64,000 nt of DNA from Siphonobacter sp. (GCA_047605205.1 JASGGE010000004.1:1585-65584); one strand, 5' to 3'. Counted from the stretch's first letter, positions 18,436-29,094 are shown. Notes: a model not told the origin generated them from the letters alone. Program-made: numbers and translations.

Positions 18436-19929
18436 CTACTGATGTTCTTCACGTAGCAGATCATTCACTGTCTTTACAGGATTGAATGTAATCAATGGAA
18501 CTTCCACAAAAAGAGTATTCCAGTTTGACATTGAGCCATTCCATAAACCGGGTAACTCCTGAGCTTTCAAATCTTTCCCATCTTTCGATTTCTGCGTACT
18601 GAAACCCGTAAGGGGGTCACGGAATTCCAGTAAGTTAAAAAATCTGTTTTTATAGTCTTTCCAGGAACAAACCAGATCGACCGGATTAAAGTGGGTAGCC
18701 TTCAGGAATTTGTCTTTTTGTTTTTCATCCCCCATATCCACCTGAGCAGATTCAACAATTTGCAACTGACTGGTTCCATCCGAACTTTTCGCCCAGAAGG
18801 GCCCACCGCCCGGCTCGCCTACGTTCTGAACCATGCCACATACCCTGATCGGACGATTTAGTTTTGATTCAAAGTAAGCCACCACTTTTTCAACGGACCA
18901 TTCATAAAAACCTTCTGGTGGTTCTACACAAAGTACTTTCCGCAAAAATTCATCAATTTCGGCCATTAAAGGCTGGCTAGTGTCACCATTTTCCAGCCGA
19001 TTTAGATAAGCAAAAATGCGTTCACGCGTTTGCAATAATGTGCCTGCAATGGCTCGCTTGTAAATGGTGGTCGTATTTTTGATCCGGTCTGGTACAACAT
19101 TGTCAATATTTTTAATAAAAACCAGATCCGCCTGAATATCATTTAAATTCTCCAGTAAGGCACCGTGCCCGGCCGGCCGGAATAGTAGGCTACCATCTTT
19201 TTCACGGAATGGCGTATTGTCCAGATTGACCGCTATAGTATCCGTTGATAATTTTTGTTCCGAGAAATCAATACCAAAGCCTAGATTATGGCGTTCTGCA
19301 TATTCAGGAGCCTTTTCTGAAATTAATTCCGCAAATTTGGGTTTGTGTTCAGGCGATACCGTGAAGTGAATATTTACTTCGCCTTTCGAACGGGCGTAGG
19401 TAGCACCCTCAACCAAATGCTCTTCCACGGGAGTCCGGTTTTCTTCCGGATATCGATGAAATTTCAGAAGGCCTTTAGGTAAATTGCCGTAGCCCAGGCC
19501 TTTGTCCGTCAGAAAATAGCAGATAATAGTAGGCTTATCCGCTGTTTCAATATCCAGGCCGTCTTGAGCAAGTGCCGCTTTCAGATCATCATAAAAAGCG
19601 AACTCGCCGAGTCGTTCAAAGAATTGATCAACCGATTTATCCGTTTTTCCAGCCTCTAAAAAAGCAAATAATGATTTGAACATACGGGTGGCGGCTCCGG
19701 ATGCTGGCACAAATTTAACAATGTTAAGTACAGGCACGAATTCTTCGTACGTATCCATAGCAGCCTGAATTTGATCATCCGTCAGCCGAAGAATTCCGTC
19801 ATTGATGGTAGCTGCCCGTGTCAAATTCATCCACGGAAAACCATCCCTGAAGTATTGAATCTGATTTTTAACGGTTTGAAGGTCAATACCTTTCGATTTA
19901 ATCTGTTCTAGGTCTTTTTCTGAAAACAT
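18436..19929 (-). CDS. DUF4301 family protein (nucleotidyltransferase-like)
   Basis: KFVPASGAATRMFK, FRPAGHGAL, GEPGGGPFW, THFNPVDLVC, FNPVKTVNDLL. Confidence 0.88.
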   Translation of the reverse strand: MFSEKDLEQIKSKGIDLQTVKNQIQYFRDGFPWMNLTRAATINDGILRLTDDQIQAAMDTYEEFVPVLNIVKFVPASGAATRMFKSLFAFLEAGKTDKSVDQFFERLGEFAFYDDLKAALAQDGLDIETADKPTIICYFLTDKGLGYGNLPKGLLKFHRYPEENRTPVEEHLVEGATYARSKGEVNIHFTVSPEHKPKFAELISEKAPEYAERHNLGFGIDFSEQKLSTDTIAVNLDNTPFREKDGSLLFRPAGHGALLENLNDIQADLVFIKNIDNVVPDRIKNTTTIYKRAIAGTLLQTRERIFAYLNRLENGDTSQPLMAEIDEFLRKVLCVEPPEGFYEWSVEKVVAYFESKLNRPIRVCGMVQNVGEPGGGPFWAKSSDGTSQLQIVESAQVDMGDEKQKDKFLKATHFNPVDLVCSWKDYKNRFFNLLEFRDPLTGFSTQKSKDGKDLKAQELPGLWNGSMSNWNTLFVEVPLITFNPVKTVNDLLREEHQ

Positions 19930-19998
19930 GGTAATAATGGATGATTACACAAACATTTTATAAAACACTTAAGGCCCAGGAAGAAAAACTCCGAAAAG

Positions 19999-20913
19999 AT
20001 GGTTAAAGTTTTTAAAAAAATTTCGATACTACGCGTATTCCCGTCTAAAATAATTATGATGACCATACTCGGCTTACTTGCCTGTAGGGATAATACGTCA
20101 GATCCGCTAAGTACGTCCTTTGGCTCTGCAGTGGATCGGGGAACCTTCGATAACAGTGAAATTGATGAAGCATCAGGCTTAATTATCAGTCGTATTAATA
20201 AACAATATGCCTGGACTCATAACGATTCGGGTGATCAAAGCCGAATTTTTTTAATTGATGTGACCAATGCTCAGTATAAGGCTACCGTAACGATTGCCAA
20301 TGCCACCAACGTAGATTGGGAAGATATTGCCGCTTCGTACTATAATGGAGTAGCTACGTTGTATGTAGGAGACATTGGAGGCAATAATGGCGAATTGACC
20401 AGTCATGCCATTTATCGCTTTGCAGAGCCCAACCCAGTTGAGCTTTCGGGAACGTCTACGGTAAATGATGTCGATAAAATCACTTTTCAGTATCCAGATG
20501 GCACCTGGGACGCCGAGGCCTTACTCGTTGATCAGCAAACGCAGGATATTTACATCATTTCCAAACTAGATTCGGGAGCCAAGCTTTATAAACTGGCGTA
20601 TCCACAATCAACTACGGAACTGATTACCGCTGAATACGTAGCAGATTTATCCCAATCCCTTATAACGGCTGGCGATATTTCGATTGATAATCAGGAAATT
20701 ATTATTAAAAATTATTTAACCGTTTATTACTGGCAAAGAGGTACTAACGAAACTATTGCTTCAACCCTTCAGCGTTCACCAAAAATTTTACCTTACTATC
20801 CAGAACCACAAGGCGAAGCCGTAGCTTTTGCCACCGACAGCTCGGGATACTATACAACTGGTGAAACCCGCAATGGTGTAACTGCACATCTGTATTTTTA
20901 CCCCCGTCAATAA
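19999..20913 (+). CDS. Predicted beta-propeller lipoprotein, hypothetical
   Basis: Lipobox LLAC; EASGL, WTHNDSG, DWEDIA, DAEAL, QGEAVAF repeats. True start may be the downstream ATG. Confidence 0.7.
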   Translation: MVKVFKKISILRVFPSKIIMMTILGLLACRDNTSDPLSTSFGSAVDRGTFDNSEIDEASGLIISRINKQYAWTHNDSGDQSRIFLIDVTNAQYKATVTIANATNVDWEDIAASYYNGVATLYVGDIGGNNGELTSHAIYRFAEPNPVELSGTSTVNDVDKITFQYPDGTWDAEALLVDQQTQDIYIISKLDSGAKLYKLAYPQSTTELITAEYVADLSQSLITAGDISIDNQEIIIKNYLTVYYWQRGTNETIASTLQRSPKILPYYPEPQGEAVAFATDSSGYYTTGETRNGVTAHLYFYPRQ

Positions 20914-20922
20914 AATAAGTGT

Positions 20923-21402
20923 GTGAATTTGCTTCTTTTCTCAGAAGTACTTACTACAAGAAACGTGTTATTAAGTGATGAATCATACATGCGGGTTGCT
21001 CTTCAGTTGGCTGAACAGGCTGCTGAAGCCGGGGAAATTCCAGTAGGTGCTGTAGTCGTTTGCCGAAATCGCATTATTGGCAAAGGGGTTAACCAGACCG
21101 AAACCCTGAAAGATGTCACCGCTCATGCCGAAATCATAGCCATTACTGCTGCCAGCCAACACCTTCATTCAAAATTTCTGAAGGATTGTACACTCTATGT
21201 AACCCTGGAGCCCTGCGTGATGTGTGCAGGAGCTTTATACTGGTCACAACTTGGCCGCCTGGTTTACGCAGCCACAGACGAAAAACGTGGTTTCTCAGGC
21301 ATAGGCTCTTTATTACATCCAAAAACTAAACTACAAACGGGTATTCTGGCGGAAGAAGCCCAGCAGCTGTTATTACAATTTTTTCAGCGACTTCGCCCCT
21401 AA
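20923..21402 (+). CDS. tadA: tRNA adenosine deaminase-like nucleoside deaminase
   Basis: GEIPVGAV, TAHAE, TLEPCVMC zinc motifs. Start uncertain (possibly 20965). Confidence 0.85.
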   Translation: MNLLLFSEVLTTRNVLLSDESYMRVALQLAEQAAEAGEIPVGAVVVCRNRIIGKGVNQTETLKDVTAHAEIIAITAASQHLHSKFLKDCTLYVTLEPCVMCAGALYWSQLGRLVYAATDEKRGFSGIGSLLHPKTKLQTGILAEEAQQLLLQFFQRLRP

Positions 21403-21520
21403 TCAAAAAATTTAGCTTTTCTCAGGAACTCTTTCCACTTTGGAATACCTTTTTCCACAAAAGCTCTAGTACTACACTAGACGATCGTATTTTTTATGTT
21501 CATTTAATATTTAACCAATT

Positions 21521-22129
21521 ATGGCCTTTGAACTTGCTCCTCTGCCCTACGCTGCTGATGCGTTAGAACCTCATTTTGATGCTCAAACGATGACTATTCA
21601 CCATGATCGTCACCATCAAACCTATGTTACGAATTTGAATAATGCCGTAGCAGGAACGGAGAACGAGGGTAAAACACTGGAAGATCTGATCACTACGGTA
21701 AGTACTCTTCCGGTAGCGATTCGTAATAATGGTGGCGGTCACTGGAACCACACCTTTTTCTGGAATATTCTCTCACCAAGTGGTGGCGGTACTCCAAAAG
21801 GTGATTTAGCGGCTGCTATCGATACCAAATTCGGCTCATTTGATACCTTCAAAGATGAATTTAAAAAAGCAGCAACTGGCCGTTTTGGTTCTGGCTGGGC
21901 CTGGTTAATTGTAGGTGAAGATGGTGAGTTAGCGATTACCTCTACCCCTAATCAGGACAACCCATTAATGGACCTGGCGGAGAAAAAAGGTACGCCTATC
22001 ATTGGCCTGGATGTATGGGAACATGCCTATTACCTGAAGTATCAGAATAAACGCCCCGATTACATAGATGCATTCTGGAGTGTAGTAAGCTGGGATGTGG
22101 CCGAAACTAATTTTCAGGCGGCTAAGTAA
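21521..22129 (+). CDS. sodA: Fe/Mn superoxide dismutase, Mn-type signature
   Basis: [30 protein letters not shown]. Confidence 0.9.
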   Translation: MAFELAPLPYAADALEPHFDAQTMTIHHDRHHQTYVTNLNNAVAGTENEGKTLEDLITTVSTLPVAIRNNGGGHWNHTFFWNILSPSGGGTPKGDLAAAIDTKFGSFDTFKDEFKKAATGRFGSGWAWLIVGEDGELAITSTPNQDNPLMDLAEKKGTPIIGLDVWEHAYYLKYQNKRPDYIDAFWSVVSWDVAETNFQAAK

Positions 22130-22198
22130 GTTCTCTCTTCTGGCAGCTAAGGCAAAAACATAAGTTTTTGTGAGTTACTTGGCGTTTTACTTGCATAA

Positions 22199-22230
22199 TG
22201 GGAGCCCAATACGCTATATTTGGGCTCCCA
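22199..22230 (+). promoter_or_regulatory. tRNA promoter -7 element embedded in an 11-bp inverted repeat
   Basis: tgggagcccaa-tacgctatat-ttgggctccca; TATATTTG at 22215-22222. Confidence 0.6.
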
Positions 22231-22233
22231 AAC

Positions 22234-22308
22234 GGAGAATGTAGCTCAGCCGGTTAGAGCACCAGATTGTGGTTCTGGGGGTCGCGGGTTCGAACCCCGT
22301 CTTTCTCC
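22234..22308 (+). tRNA. tRNA-His(GTG)
   Basis: Encoded G-1, acceptor stem GAGAATG/CTTTCTC, D arm TAGCTCAG..GG..AGAGC, anticodon arm CCAGA-TTGTGGT-TCTGG, T arm GCGGG-TTCGAAC-CCCGT, discriminator C. CCA not encoded. Confidence 0.96.
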
Positions 22309-22314
22309 CTCGTC

Positions 22315-22348
22315 AACCTGACAGGTCTAATACTTGTCAGGTTTTTTT
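22315..22348 (+). terminator. Intrinsic terminator after tRNA-His
   Basis: aacctgacagg...cttgtcaggtt followed by a T run. Confidence 0.85.
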
Positions 22349-22602
22349 ATTTTCCTGCATTTGGATCTTCCGGTTCCCTCCCTAATTTCACTTGAATAAT
22401 AGTTTCTATTTATACAACCTTACGCCGGTTAGGTCTGTCGTTTTTAATGGCAATATCCTTCTCTCTAATTTTACCCCATTTTATGAATAATTTGTTTTTG
22501 TGGGATATAATTGTACAAGTGTTGATCGTTATTAAAAATACTTGTTATCCTTTATAATAGCCTATTTTACTGTACGAGCATTTATACAATTTGTGGTTTG
22601 GA

Positions 22603-22808
22603 GCAGGTATTAAAGCTCGTACACCATGGAAACAACGCCATAATCTGATCATCGTACGTATTCCGATCAGGATTTGAAGACCATTCTGAACGTCGTAGTC
22701 TTTTCAGGTTATAAAATCTTTAAAATTGCCCGTTTATCGCTACAACAAATTCAAACGGAAGTTCAATTATTATCAGATCAAGTCTTTAACCTTAGCTGCT
22801 CTGGATAG
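22603..22808 (+). pseudogene. Relic of a MerR-family transcriptional regulator (N-terminal HTH)
   Basis: AGIKARTPWKQRHNL, then a frameshift to HRTYSDQDLKTILNVVVFSGYKIFKIARLSLQQIQTEV. Matches the MerR pattern GIKAHT.R.WE.RY...R.YSD.DLK.LLN....GYKISKIA. Confidence 0.7.
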
Positions 22809-22942
22809 AGAGCTGTTTGAACGTTTTCCTGAAACATAAAAAACCGGGTATCGCTACCCGGTCTCATAAATTTCATAAAATTAATAGGGTACTAGTTGAA
22901 CGATCGTTACTATTTTTAAAACAAGAGATTCTTCTCTCACGA

Positions 22943-25900
22943 TTAATTCATTAGCTGGTCAAAATTCAGGCCAATATAATACATGGCACCAATTTGTGGG
23001 TTCCCCCAAGCCGTTGTATACGCTTTATTAAGAATATTGCTACCCCCGAGTTTAAGAATTGTTTTTACCTGAGGAATTTTTAAACTGACCTGAGCATCCA
23101 GCGTACCATATGCCGGAATCACAATCTGTTGATTATTCATAGCCGTACGAGCCTGCGAAGGCAGTAGCAATTCATTCCAGCAGAAGGCCTGCTGATACCG
23201 ATAGGTAATGTTGAAACCTACGTTATTTTTAGCTGATATACGCTTAGCAAACGATAAATTGTAGCGGTATTTAGGCGTATTAAACCCTACCTGGAAACCA
23301 TCATCCAGAACATTCCTGTTTTTTTCAGCATTAAACAATGTAGTTTCACCGGCATTCAGGGTGGTGTTCGAAAGATTTCCGCTTGCTACATATCCTTTGG
23401 GAAGCAGGTAGTCTAACCCTATTCCAAATCCTTGATAATGAATATCTTTGGTGTAGTTTGCGGGAGTTGAGACGGCTCGTGTAGTAGTAAGAGGATTGTC
23501 AGGATTAACAAAAACAATGCCTCCTATATAATTACGGAGAATACTGTTGTAATAATAGGCATCTACCCATAATTTTTCTCCTACCGTGCCCTTATAACCT
23601 AGTTCGTAGGTTAACACACGCTCAGGTTTAAACTCCGTCAGTTGAACTTTATTCCATTTACTCGGATCATCCGGATTACTCAGATACGTGTCGTCATAAG
23701 CATAGAGTTTATCGGCATACTGACTTAAATTGTACTGATCGTGTACGACCCTCAGCCCACCAATTAAAATAGAAACCGGGGTCACCAAATTGATGTACTG
23801 ATTTTGAGCCGTTGGGATACGGAAGCCCGTCTGATAACTTGCCCGAATCGAATGATTTTTATGAACCGTCCATACACCTGAAAGCCGTGGGTTCCACTGT
23901 CCTTTAAAGTTTTCATTCTTATCATATCGTATCGATCCGGTTAATTTGAGAATATCAGCAATTGTTTTTGAGGCTTGGGCATACCCTCCGAATTCTCTGA
24001 TATTGTATTCACTACCGTCGGGTTTCTGCAAAAATAACGTCCCTTGTGAATTCAGATCATATACCCGATAATTTCCGCCAACAAGTATTTCAGCTACCCT
24101 GTGAAACACTATATTTTTGAAATTATACATTCCCTCTACGTGATAGAGATTGGTACGATCCAGAAACTTGGCTCCGTTCGGAATACCGGTGGCTTTAATT
24201 TTATCGGCTACAGCATTAAATTCAGCGGTTCCGGGAATCAGTCGTCCCTGATCCGCGGTAGACCGAGCCAACGCATTTAATGATGCAGAATTAGCAGAGA
24301 CTGCTGCCAGGGCGGTAGTATACGCCTGCGAAGCATTTTGCCCACCGGCTAAAGCTGTTTGCAAGGCTTGTGAAAAAACCTGTAAGGCTCCACCACCGTA
24401 GGTAAAGGCATATTGCGGATACCATGATTCCCCCAGATTAGAGGTATTTAAACTGGGTTTCCAGGCTTCATTTATATAACTCGCTAAAATGCCTGCTGCA
24501 TAAGCATCGCCTGAACGTTCCTGGGTAGTGTAGCCTCGTACGAAGAAATTATCACCTTTCAATTCCAGCTTATATTGCCCTAATTTGAAGCCTTTGATGT
24601 AATAACGGTCCGAAGAGGTATAAACCGTTGTCCCCATTCCCCAATTGGCCTGTAAAATGGCTTCTACTTTATTCGTAATTCTGTAATGAATAGCCCCACC
24701 AATTTTTAGGCTTTGAGCATTGTAATTAACTAAATCCGACTCGTTATAGCCCGTTCGAGCTACTAACTGATTAGGTAACAATACATTGCTGATTAACGTA
24801 CTGGTAGGAATACCTGTTAAAGCTGAAAGCTGCTTGACACCGTTTACTAAAGTTGGTAATTGAGGTGACAAAGCACTCAAGGTGGCCTCTGGCAATTGCA
24901 TCAATTGAGTAAATGTACTTCGAAAGGCCGCCAGGCTCACGTTCGATGAGTTTTCATCTCCATAGACATTAACTCCGTTATAATTCGGGTTATTCTCACT
25001 GGTTCGGTTAAATCCAGGATAAAGTGAATTATCGGTAGGCAAGCCAAAGCTCTGATCACGTGTATCCGTTGCTTGCCAGTCTTTTGCAGTTAAGTAACTA
25101 ATATTTAATTTGAAGGCGAGCTTGTTATTAAACACTTTGGCATACCGAATGGCCGCATCATAAAATGGGGTTGTTTGAGTAGTACGATTACTAGCACTCA
25201 TTATGCCTCCCTTTACATAAGCACTCACGCCCTGATACAAAAATGGACTTTTACTGTTCATTAACAATAGTCCATTTGTTGCATTTGGGCCATATAAAGC
25301 CGATGCTGCTCCCGGCAATAATTCGACACTCTCCAGGTCTAACTCAGAAAGCCCCACGACGTTCCCCACTGAAAAACTTAACCCAGGTGCCTGATTATCC
25401 ATACCATCTACCATCTGGACAACCCGCGTATTGCCATTGCCAGCAAAACCGCGGGTATTCACAGACGTAAACGTTAGCGACTGAGCAGCCACATCTACTC
25501 CTTTCAGGTTACGCAGGGCATCATAAAAATTGGCTGCGGGTGTGGACTGGATGGCCCGAATGTCCATTTTTTCAATAGTAACAGGCGATTTCAAAACACT
25601 TTCTTCTACCCTTGAAGCCGAAACGACTACTTCGTTGCCAAGCACCGCCTGTTCAACCAACTGAACGGTTATACTGGTTGTTGATTTGGTAATACTAATT
25701 ACCTGAGGAGCATACCCGACACTTGATACCCGAATCTGAAAAGGTGGGGTAATTTGAGTAGACAGTGAAAAATTTCCTTTACTGTCTGTGATGGTGCCGG
25801 CAACTGTACCAACGATTGATAAACTAGCTCCGGCAATTCCTTCTTTCGATCCTGCATCTTCTACTCTACCAGAAAGTTCTAGCTGTGCCCATGCACTAAT

Positions 25901-25963
25901 ACTGGTAAAGAGCAGCATGAATCCAATTTGAAAGGTTTGTTGTAGTGTAGAAAGGTGCTTCAT
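22943..25963 (-). CDS. TonB-dependent receptor with N-terminal carboxypeptidase-regulatory-like domain
   Basis: Signal peptide MKHLST (ATG 25963), EVVVSASR, plug motif ELLPGAASALYG.NA.NG, beta-barrel C-terminus. Confidence 0.9.
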   Translation of the reverse strand: MKHLSTLQQTFQIGFMLLFTSISAWAQLELSGRVEDAGSKEGIAGASLSIVGTVAGTITDSKGNFSLSTQITPPFQIRVSSVGYAPQVISITKSTTSITVQLVEQAVLGNEVVVSASRVEESVLKSPVTIEKMDIRAIQSTPAANFYDALRNLKGVDVAAQSLTFTSVNTRGFAGNGNTRVVQMVDGMDNQAPGLSFSVGNVVGLSELDLESVELLPGAASALYGPNATNGLLLMNSKSPFLYQGVSAYVKGGIMSASNRTTQTTPFYDAAIRYAKVFNNKLAFKLNISYLTAKDWQATDTRDQSFGLPTDNSLYPGFNRTSENNPNYNGVNVYGDENSSNVSLAAFRSTFTQLMQLPEATLSALSPQLPTLVNGVKQLSALTGIPTSTLISNVLLPNQLVARTGYNESDLVNYNAQSLKIGGAIHYRITNKVEAILQANWGMGTTVYTSSDRYYIKGFKLGQYKLELKGDNFFVRGYTTQERSGDAYAAGILASYINEAWKPSLNTSNLGESWYPQYAFTYGGGALQVFSQALQTALAGGQNASQAYTTALAAVSANSASLNALARSTADQGRLIPGTAEFNAVADKIKATGIPNGAKFLDRTNLYHVEGMYNFKNIVFHRVAEILVGGNYRVYDLNSQGTLFLQKPDGSEYNIREFGGYAQASKTIADILKLTGSIRYDKNENFKGQWNPRLSGVWTVHKNHSIRASYQTGFRIPTAQNQYINLVTPVSILIGGLRVVHDQYNLSQYADKLYAYDDTYLSNPDDPSKWNKVQLTEFKPERVLTYELGYKGTVGEKLWVDAYYYNSILRNYIGGIVFVNPDNPLTTTRAVSTPANYTKDIHYQGFGIGLDYLLPKGYVASGNLSNTTLNAGETTLFNAEKNRNVLDDGFQVGFNTPKYRYNLSFAKRISAKNNVGFNITYRYQQAFCWNELLLPSQARTAMNNQQIVIPAYGTLDAQVSLKIPQVKTILKLGGSNILNKAYTTAWGNPQIGAMYYIGLNFDQLMN

Positions 25964-26410
25964 AAATAGCCTGGAAAAAGTCTTTGGCTTCGAGTAAATA
26001 TACACCATTATACTTGATAAAGTCAATTAATTATAAAATAGATACAAATTTTATTTTAATAAAGTTTCTTATAGAGAGATATCCCCCTATGTATATCGTT
26101 CATTTACCTACACCAAGGATTGGCTGCTTAATAGGTTTTTAGTTAATAAATTCCATACTTTGCCTATTGCAAGCACTCTAAATGTGCTTCTGAGATAAGG
26201 TGAAAGGAACTTATTTATTTCTTTTGGCAAGATCAAAACTGGCAAGCTTTTAGTAGTTCCTCAGAGCCCATCCACAACTAATCAATATTGACTTAATAAT
26301 AGGTAAATTACAAGGAAATTGTAGTTTTGCAGGATACGCAATCTTAACTTATTAATTAAGTCCGCCCATGTATAGCAGTGCTAACTCCTGTTGTACTTTC
26401 ATAAAACTCA

Positions 26411-27481
26411 ATGAATCACACGTATGCAGTCATTATGGCTGGAGGAGTTGGTACTCGGTTCTGGCCTATCAGTAGACAATCCTATCCAAAACAATTTCAT
26501 GATGTTCTTGGTACTGGCCGTACCATGTTACAAATGACTTTCGATCGTATTCAGGAAATCTGCCCACCTGAAAATGTATATGTAGTAACCAGTCAGGAAT
26601 ACGCTGCCCTTACAAAAGAACAATTACCGCTCTTAGAAACTCATCAGATTTTACTTGAGCCTTCCCGCCGAAATACAGCTCCCTGTATTGGCTATGCCTG
26701 TTATAAAATTGCCTCACGGGATCCGAACGCAAACGTTGTTGTGTTACCAGCAGATCACCTGATTTTAAAAGAGAAGGTATTTGTTGAACGGCTTAAGATT
26801 GCATTAACCGCTACTGAAAAGGAAGACATTCTGGTTACACTGGGTATTACTCCTACCCGACCTGACACAGGTTATGGGTATATCCAGTTTCAGCCTGAAA
26901 ATGATAGTGAAGTAAAACGGGTAAAAACATTCACCGAAAAACCTCACCTGGATTTGGCCAAAGCTTTTCTGGAAAGTGGTGATTATGTGTGGAATGCCGG
27001 TATTTTTGTCTGGAACGTTCGCTCTATTAAGAAAGCATTCGAAACGCACCTTCCCGAAATGGACGAGGCTTTCCGCGATATGCTGACTACGTTTTATTCA
27101 GAAGATGAAGCTTCGGCCCTGATACGGACTTATCCGCAATGCCGTAATATTTCTATTGATAATGGAGTTATGGAAAAAGCCCAGAATGTTCACGTTGTCC
27201 TTAGTGATATTGGCTGGTCGGATTTAGGTACCTGGAAGTCCTTGTATGAAGTTTCAGAAAAGGATGAAAACGGGAATGTAATAGATGGGCACACCATGCT
27301 TCAGGATACTACCGGTAGTATTATCAAAACACCTAAAGACCGGCTAGTTGTTATTAAAGGACTAGATAATTTCATTATAGCGGAATTTGACAATGTGCTT
27401 CTGATTTGCCCTAAAGATCAGGAACAAAAGGTTAAAGAGTTTGTTACTGAAGCAGCAAAGATTGGGCCAGAATTTATTTGA
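26411..27481 (+). CDS. manC: Mannose-1-phosphate guanylyltransferase
   Basis: IMAGGVGTRFWPISR..PKQF, RNTAPCI, PADH, WNAGIF, GWSDLGTW. Confidence 0.93.
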   Translation: MNHTYAVIMAGGVGTRFWPISRQSYPKQFHDVLGTGRTMLQMTFDRIQEICPPENVYVVTSQEYAALTKEQLPLLETHQILLEPSRRNTAPCIGYACYKIASRDPNANVVVLPADHLILKEKVFVERLKIALTATEKEDILVTLGITPTRPDTGYGYIQFQPENDSEVKRVKTFTEKPHLDLAKAFLESGDYVWNAGIFVWNVRSIKKAFETHLPEMDEAFRDMLTTFYSEDEASALIRTYPQCRNISIDNGVMEKAQNVHVVLSDIGWSDLGTWKSLYEVSEKDENGNVIDGHTMLQDTTGSIIKTPKDRLVVIKGLDNFIIAEFDNVLLICPKDQEQKVKEFVTEAAKIGPEFI

Positions 27482-27491
27482 CATATTCTAT

Positions 27492-27533
27492 TATTAACAA
27501 AAAAAGGAGGTTAACCTCCTTTTTTTGTTAATA
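27492..27533. terminator. Bidirectional terminator (perfect 42-bp palindrome)
   Basis: tattaacaaaaaaaggaggtt|aacctcctttttttgttaata between convergent manC and thiL. Confidence 0.88.
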
Positions 27534-27545
27534 TATGGTTAATTA

Positions 27546-28571
27546 TTACTTTTCCCAACCTTGAGCCGTTAACTCAATAGCTTCATTAGCTTTAGTGATT
27601 AATAAAGCTTCTGCCGGATCAGCCGACATAAATCCGATAAAACTGATGTCAGTCGTATGATCCAGAATTTTCTGATAATCGTCCTGACGAATGGTAAACA
27701 ATAGCTCATAATCTTCACCACCATTCAAAGCAGCCGTAATAGGCCCTAATTTTAACTCCGTAGCGGCCAGAAATGTTTTCTGATGAATAGGCAATTGCTC
27801 TTCGAAAATTCGTACCCCCAAACCCGATTCAGCCGCCAGATGGAGCAATTCGGAAGCAAGTCCGTCTGATACGTCAATCATAGAAGTCGGAATAATATCC
27901 AGTTCTTTTAATTGCCTGACAATATCCAGGCGGGCATCGGGCTTTAGCTGGCGTTGCAGGACGTACTCATTACCCGCCAGTATCGGCTGGCTTTCTGGAT
28001 TTTCCAGGAAAACCCGTTTTTCCCGTTCCAGTAATTGCAAACCTAAATAGGCTCCTCCTAAATCTCCACTTACACAGATAATATCATTGGCGGAGGCTCC
28101 TTTCCGGTATGCAACCCGATCTTTTGCCACTGTTCCCAAAGCAGAAATTGAAAGTACTAACCCTGCTCTTGAAGAAGTAGTATCTCCTCCTACTAACTCA
28201 ACATCATACTCCTGGCAGGCGGCTATCACGCCGGAATACAATTCATCTACGGCTTCGACCGAAAAACGATTGCTTAAACCAACACCTAATGTAATCTGAT
28301 GCGGTATTCCATTCATGGCAAGAATATCCGAAATACCCGCCACAACTACTTTATATCCTAAATGCTTCAGCGGAGCAAAACTTAAATCAAAATGAATGTT
28401 TTCGATGAATAATTCAGTAGATATTAATTGATATTCATCTTTACCCGTTGCCCATACGGCGGCATCATCTCCTATCCCTTTTACACTCTTCTTTAAACCC
28501 GTATTCGCGTGCTCGGCAATTCGCCGGATCAATCCAAATTCACCTAATGTATTTAATTCTGTACGTTCCAT
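27546..28571 (-). CDS. thiL: Thiamine-monophosphate kinase
   Basis: GEFGLI, GIGDDAAV, SDILAMNG, GGDT, IDVSDGL, GGEDYELLFT. Confidence 0.95.
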   Translation of the reverse strand: MERTELNTLGEFGLIRRIAEHANTGLKKSVKGIGDDAAVWATGKDEYQLISTELFIENIHFDLSFAPLKHLGYKVVVAGISDILAMNGIPHQITLGVGLSNRFSVEAVDELYSGVIAACQEYDVELVGGDTTSSRAGLVLSISALGTVAKDRVAYRKGASANDIICVSGDLGGAYLGLQLLEREKRVFLENPESQPILAGNEYVLQRQLKPDARLDIVRQLKELDIIPTSMIDVSDGLASELLHLAAESGLGVRIFEEQLPIHQKTFLAATELKLGPITAALNGGEDYELLFTIRQDDYQKILDHTTDISFIGFMSADPAEALLITKANEAIELTAQGWEK

Positions 28572-28615
28572 AGAATAATCAACCTTTGTCAGGACTCATA
28601 AGTTTCCTTAGAAGG

Positions 28616-28640
28616 AAAAAGCCCCTTCGTTAGGGGCTTT
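28616..28640 (-). terminator. Intrinsic terminator
   Basis: aaaaagcccct-tcgtt-aggggcttt downstream of the minus-strand lipoprotein gene. Confidence 0.7.
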
Positions 28641-28653
28641 GGAATATTGTTAG

Positions 28654-29094
28654 TTATTGAGGAATCAGTTGGTAATCATTAATTGTATTCCCTGTTTTCA
28701 GGTCAGCTGTGGTGCTTGTCAGGTGTAGTTGTGTGCTTGACGGAGTACCTGTTACGGTATACACAATAGTACCGCTTGTTCCAGTGGGTTCTGGCGTTAA
28801 GTCCGAAAGCGTCAGCGTGGTATTATCTGAAGAAAGTGCCCAGGTGCCCGTAAATGAATTCTGATCTACTGTGGTTAGTGTAACTTTACCTGCTGTAGAT
28901 AAATCAAGTTTAAAGTATTGGTAAGCCGCCCGAATATTACTGGTAGCTCCACGTGTATAAACCGTTGTTGTTCCTTCTTTAACAATATTCGGAATCCACA
29001 CTTTCTGAATTTGTTCAGAAATAGGCGTTTCTTTGCTTTTCCCACAGCCTGTTGCCAGAACCAGTAAGGTATAAAGAAATAATTTCTTCTTCAT
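28654..29094 (-). CDS. Thr-rich lipoprotein, lipocalin-like beta fold likely
   Basis: Lipobox ATGC; FTGTWALSSDNTTLTL pattern. Confidence 0.7.
   Translation of the reverse strand: MKKKLFLYTLLVLATGCGKSKETPISEQIQKVWIPNIVKEGTTTVYTRGATSNIRAAYQYFKLDLSTAGKVTLTTVDQNSFTGTWALSSDNTTLTLSDLTPEPTGTSGTIVYTVTGTPSSTQLHLTSTTADLKTGNTINDYQLIPQ

Noticed and set aside
22234-22940. tRNA-His as the attachment site of an integrated element
   Set aside because: No integrase and no duplicate of the tRNA 3' end seen in the window; only a small relic follows.
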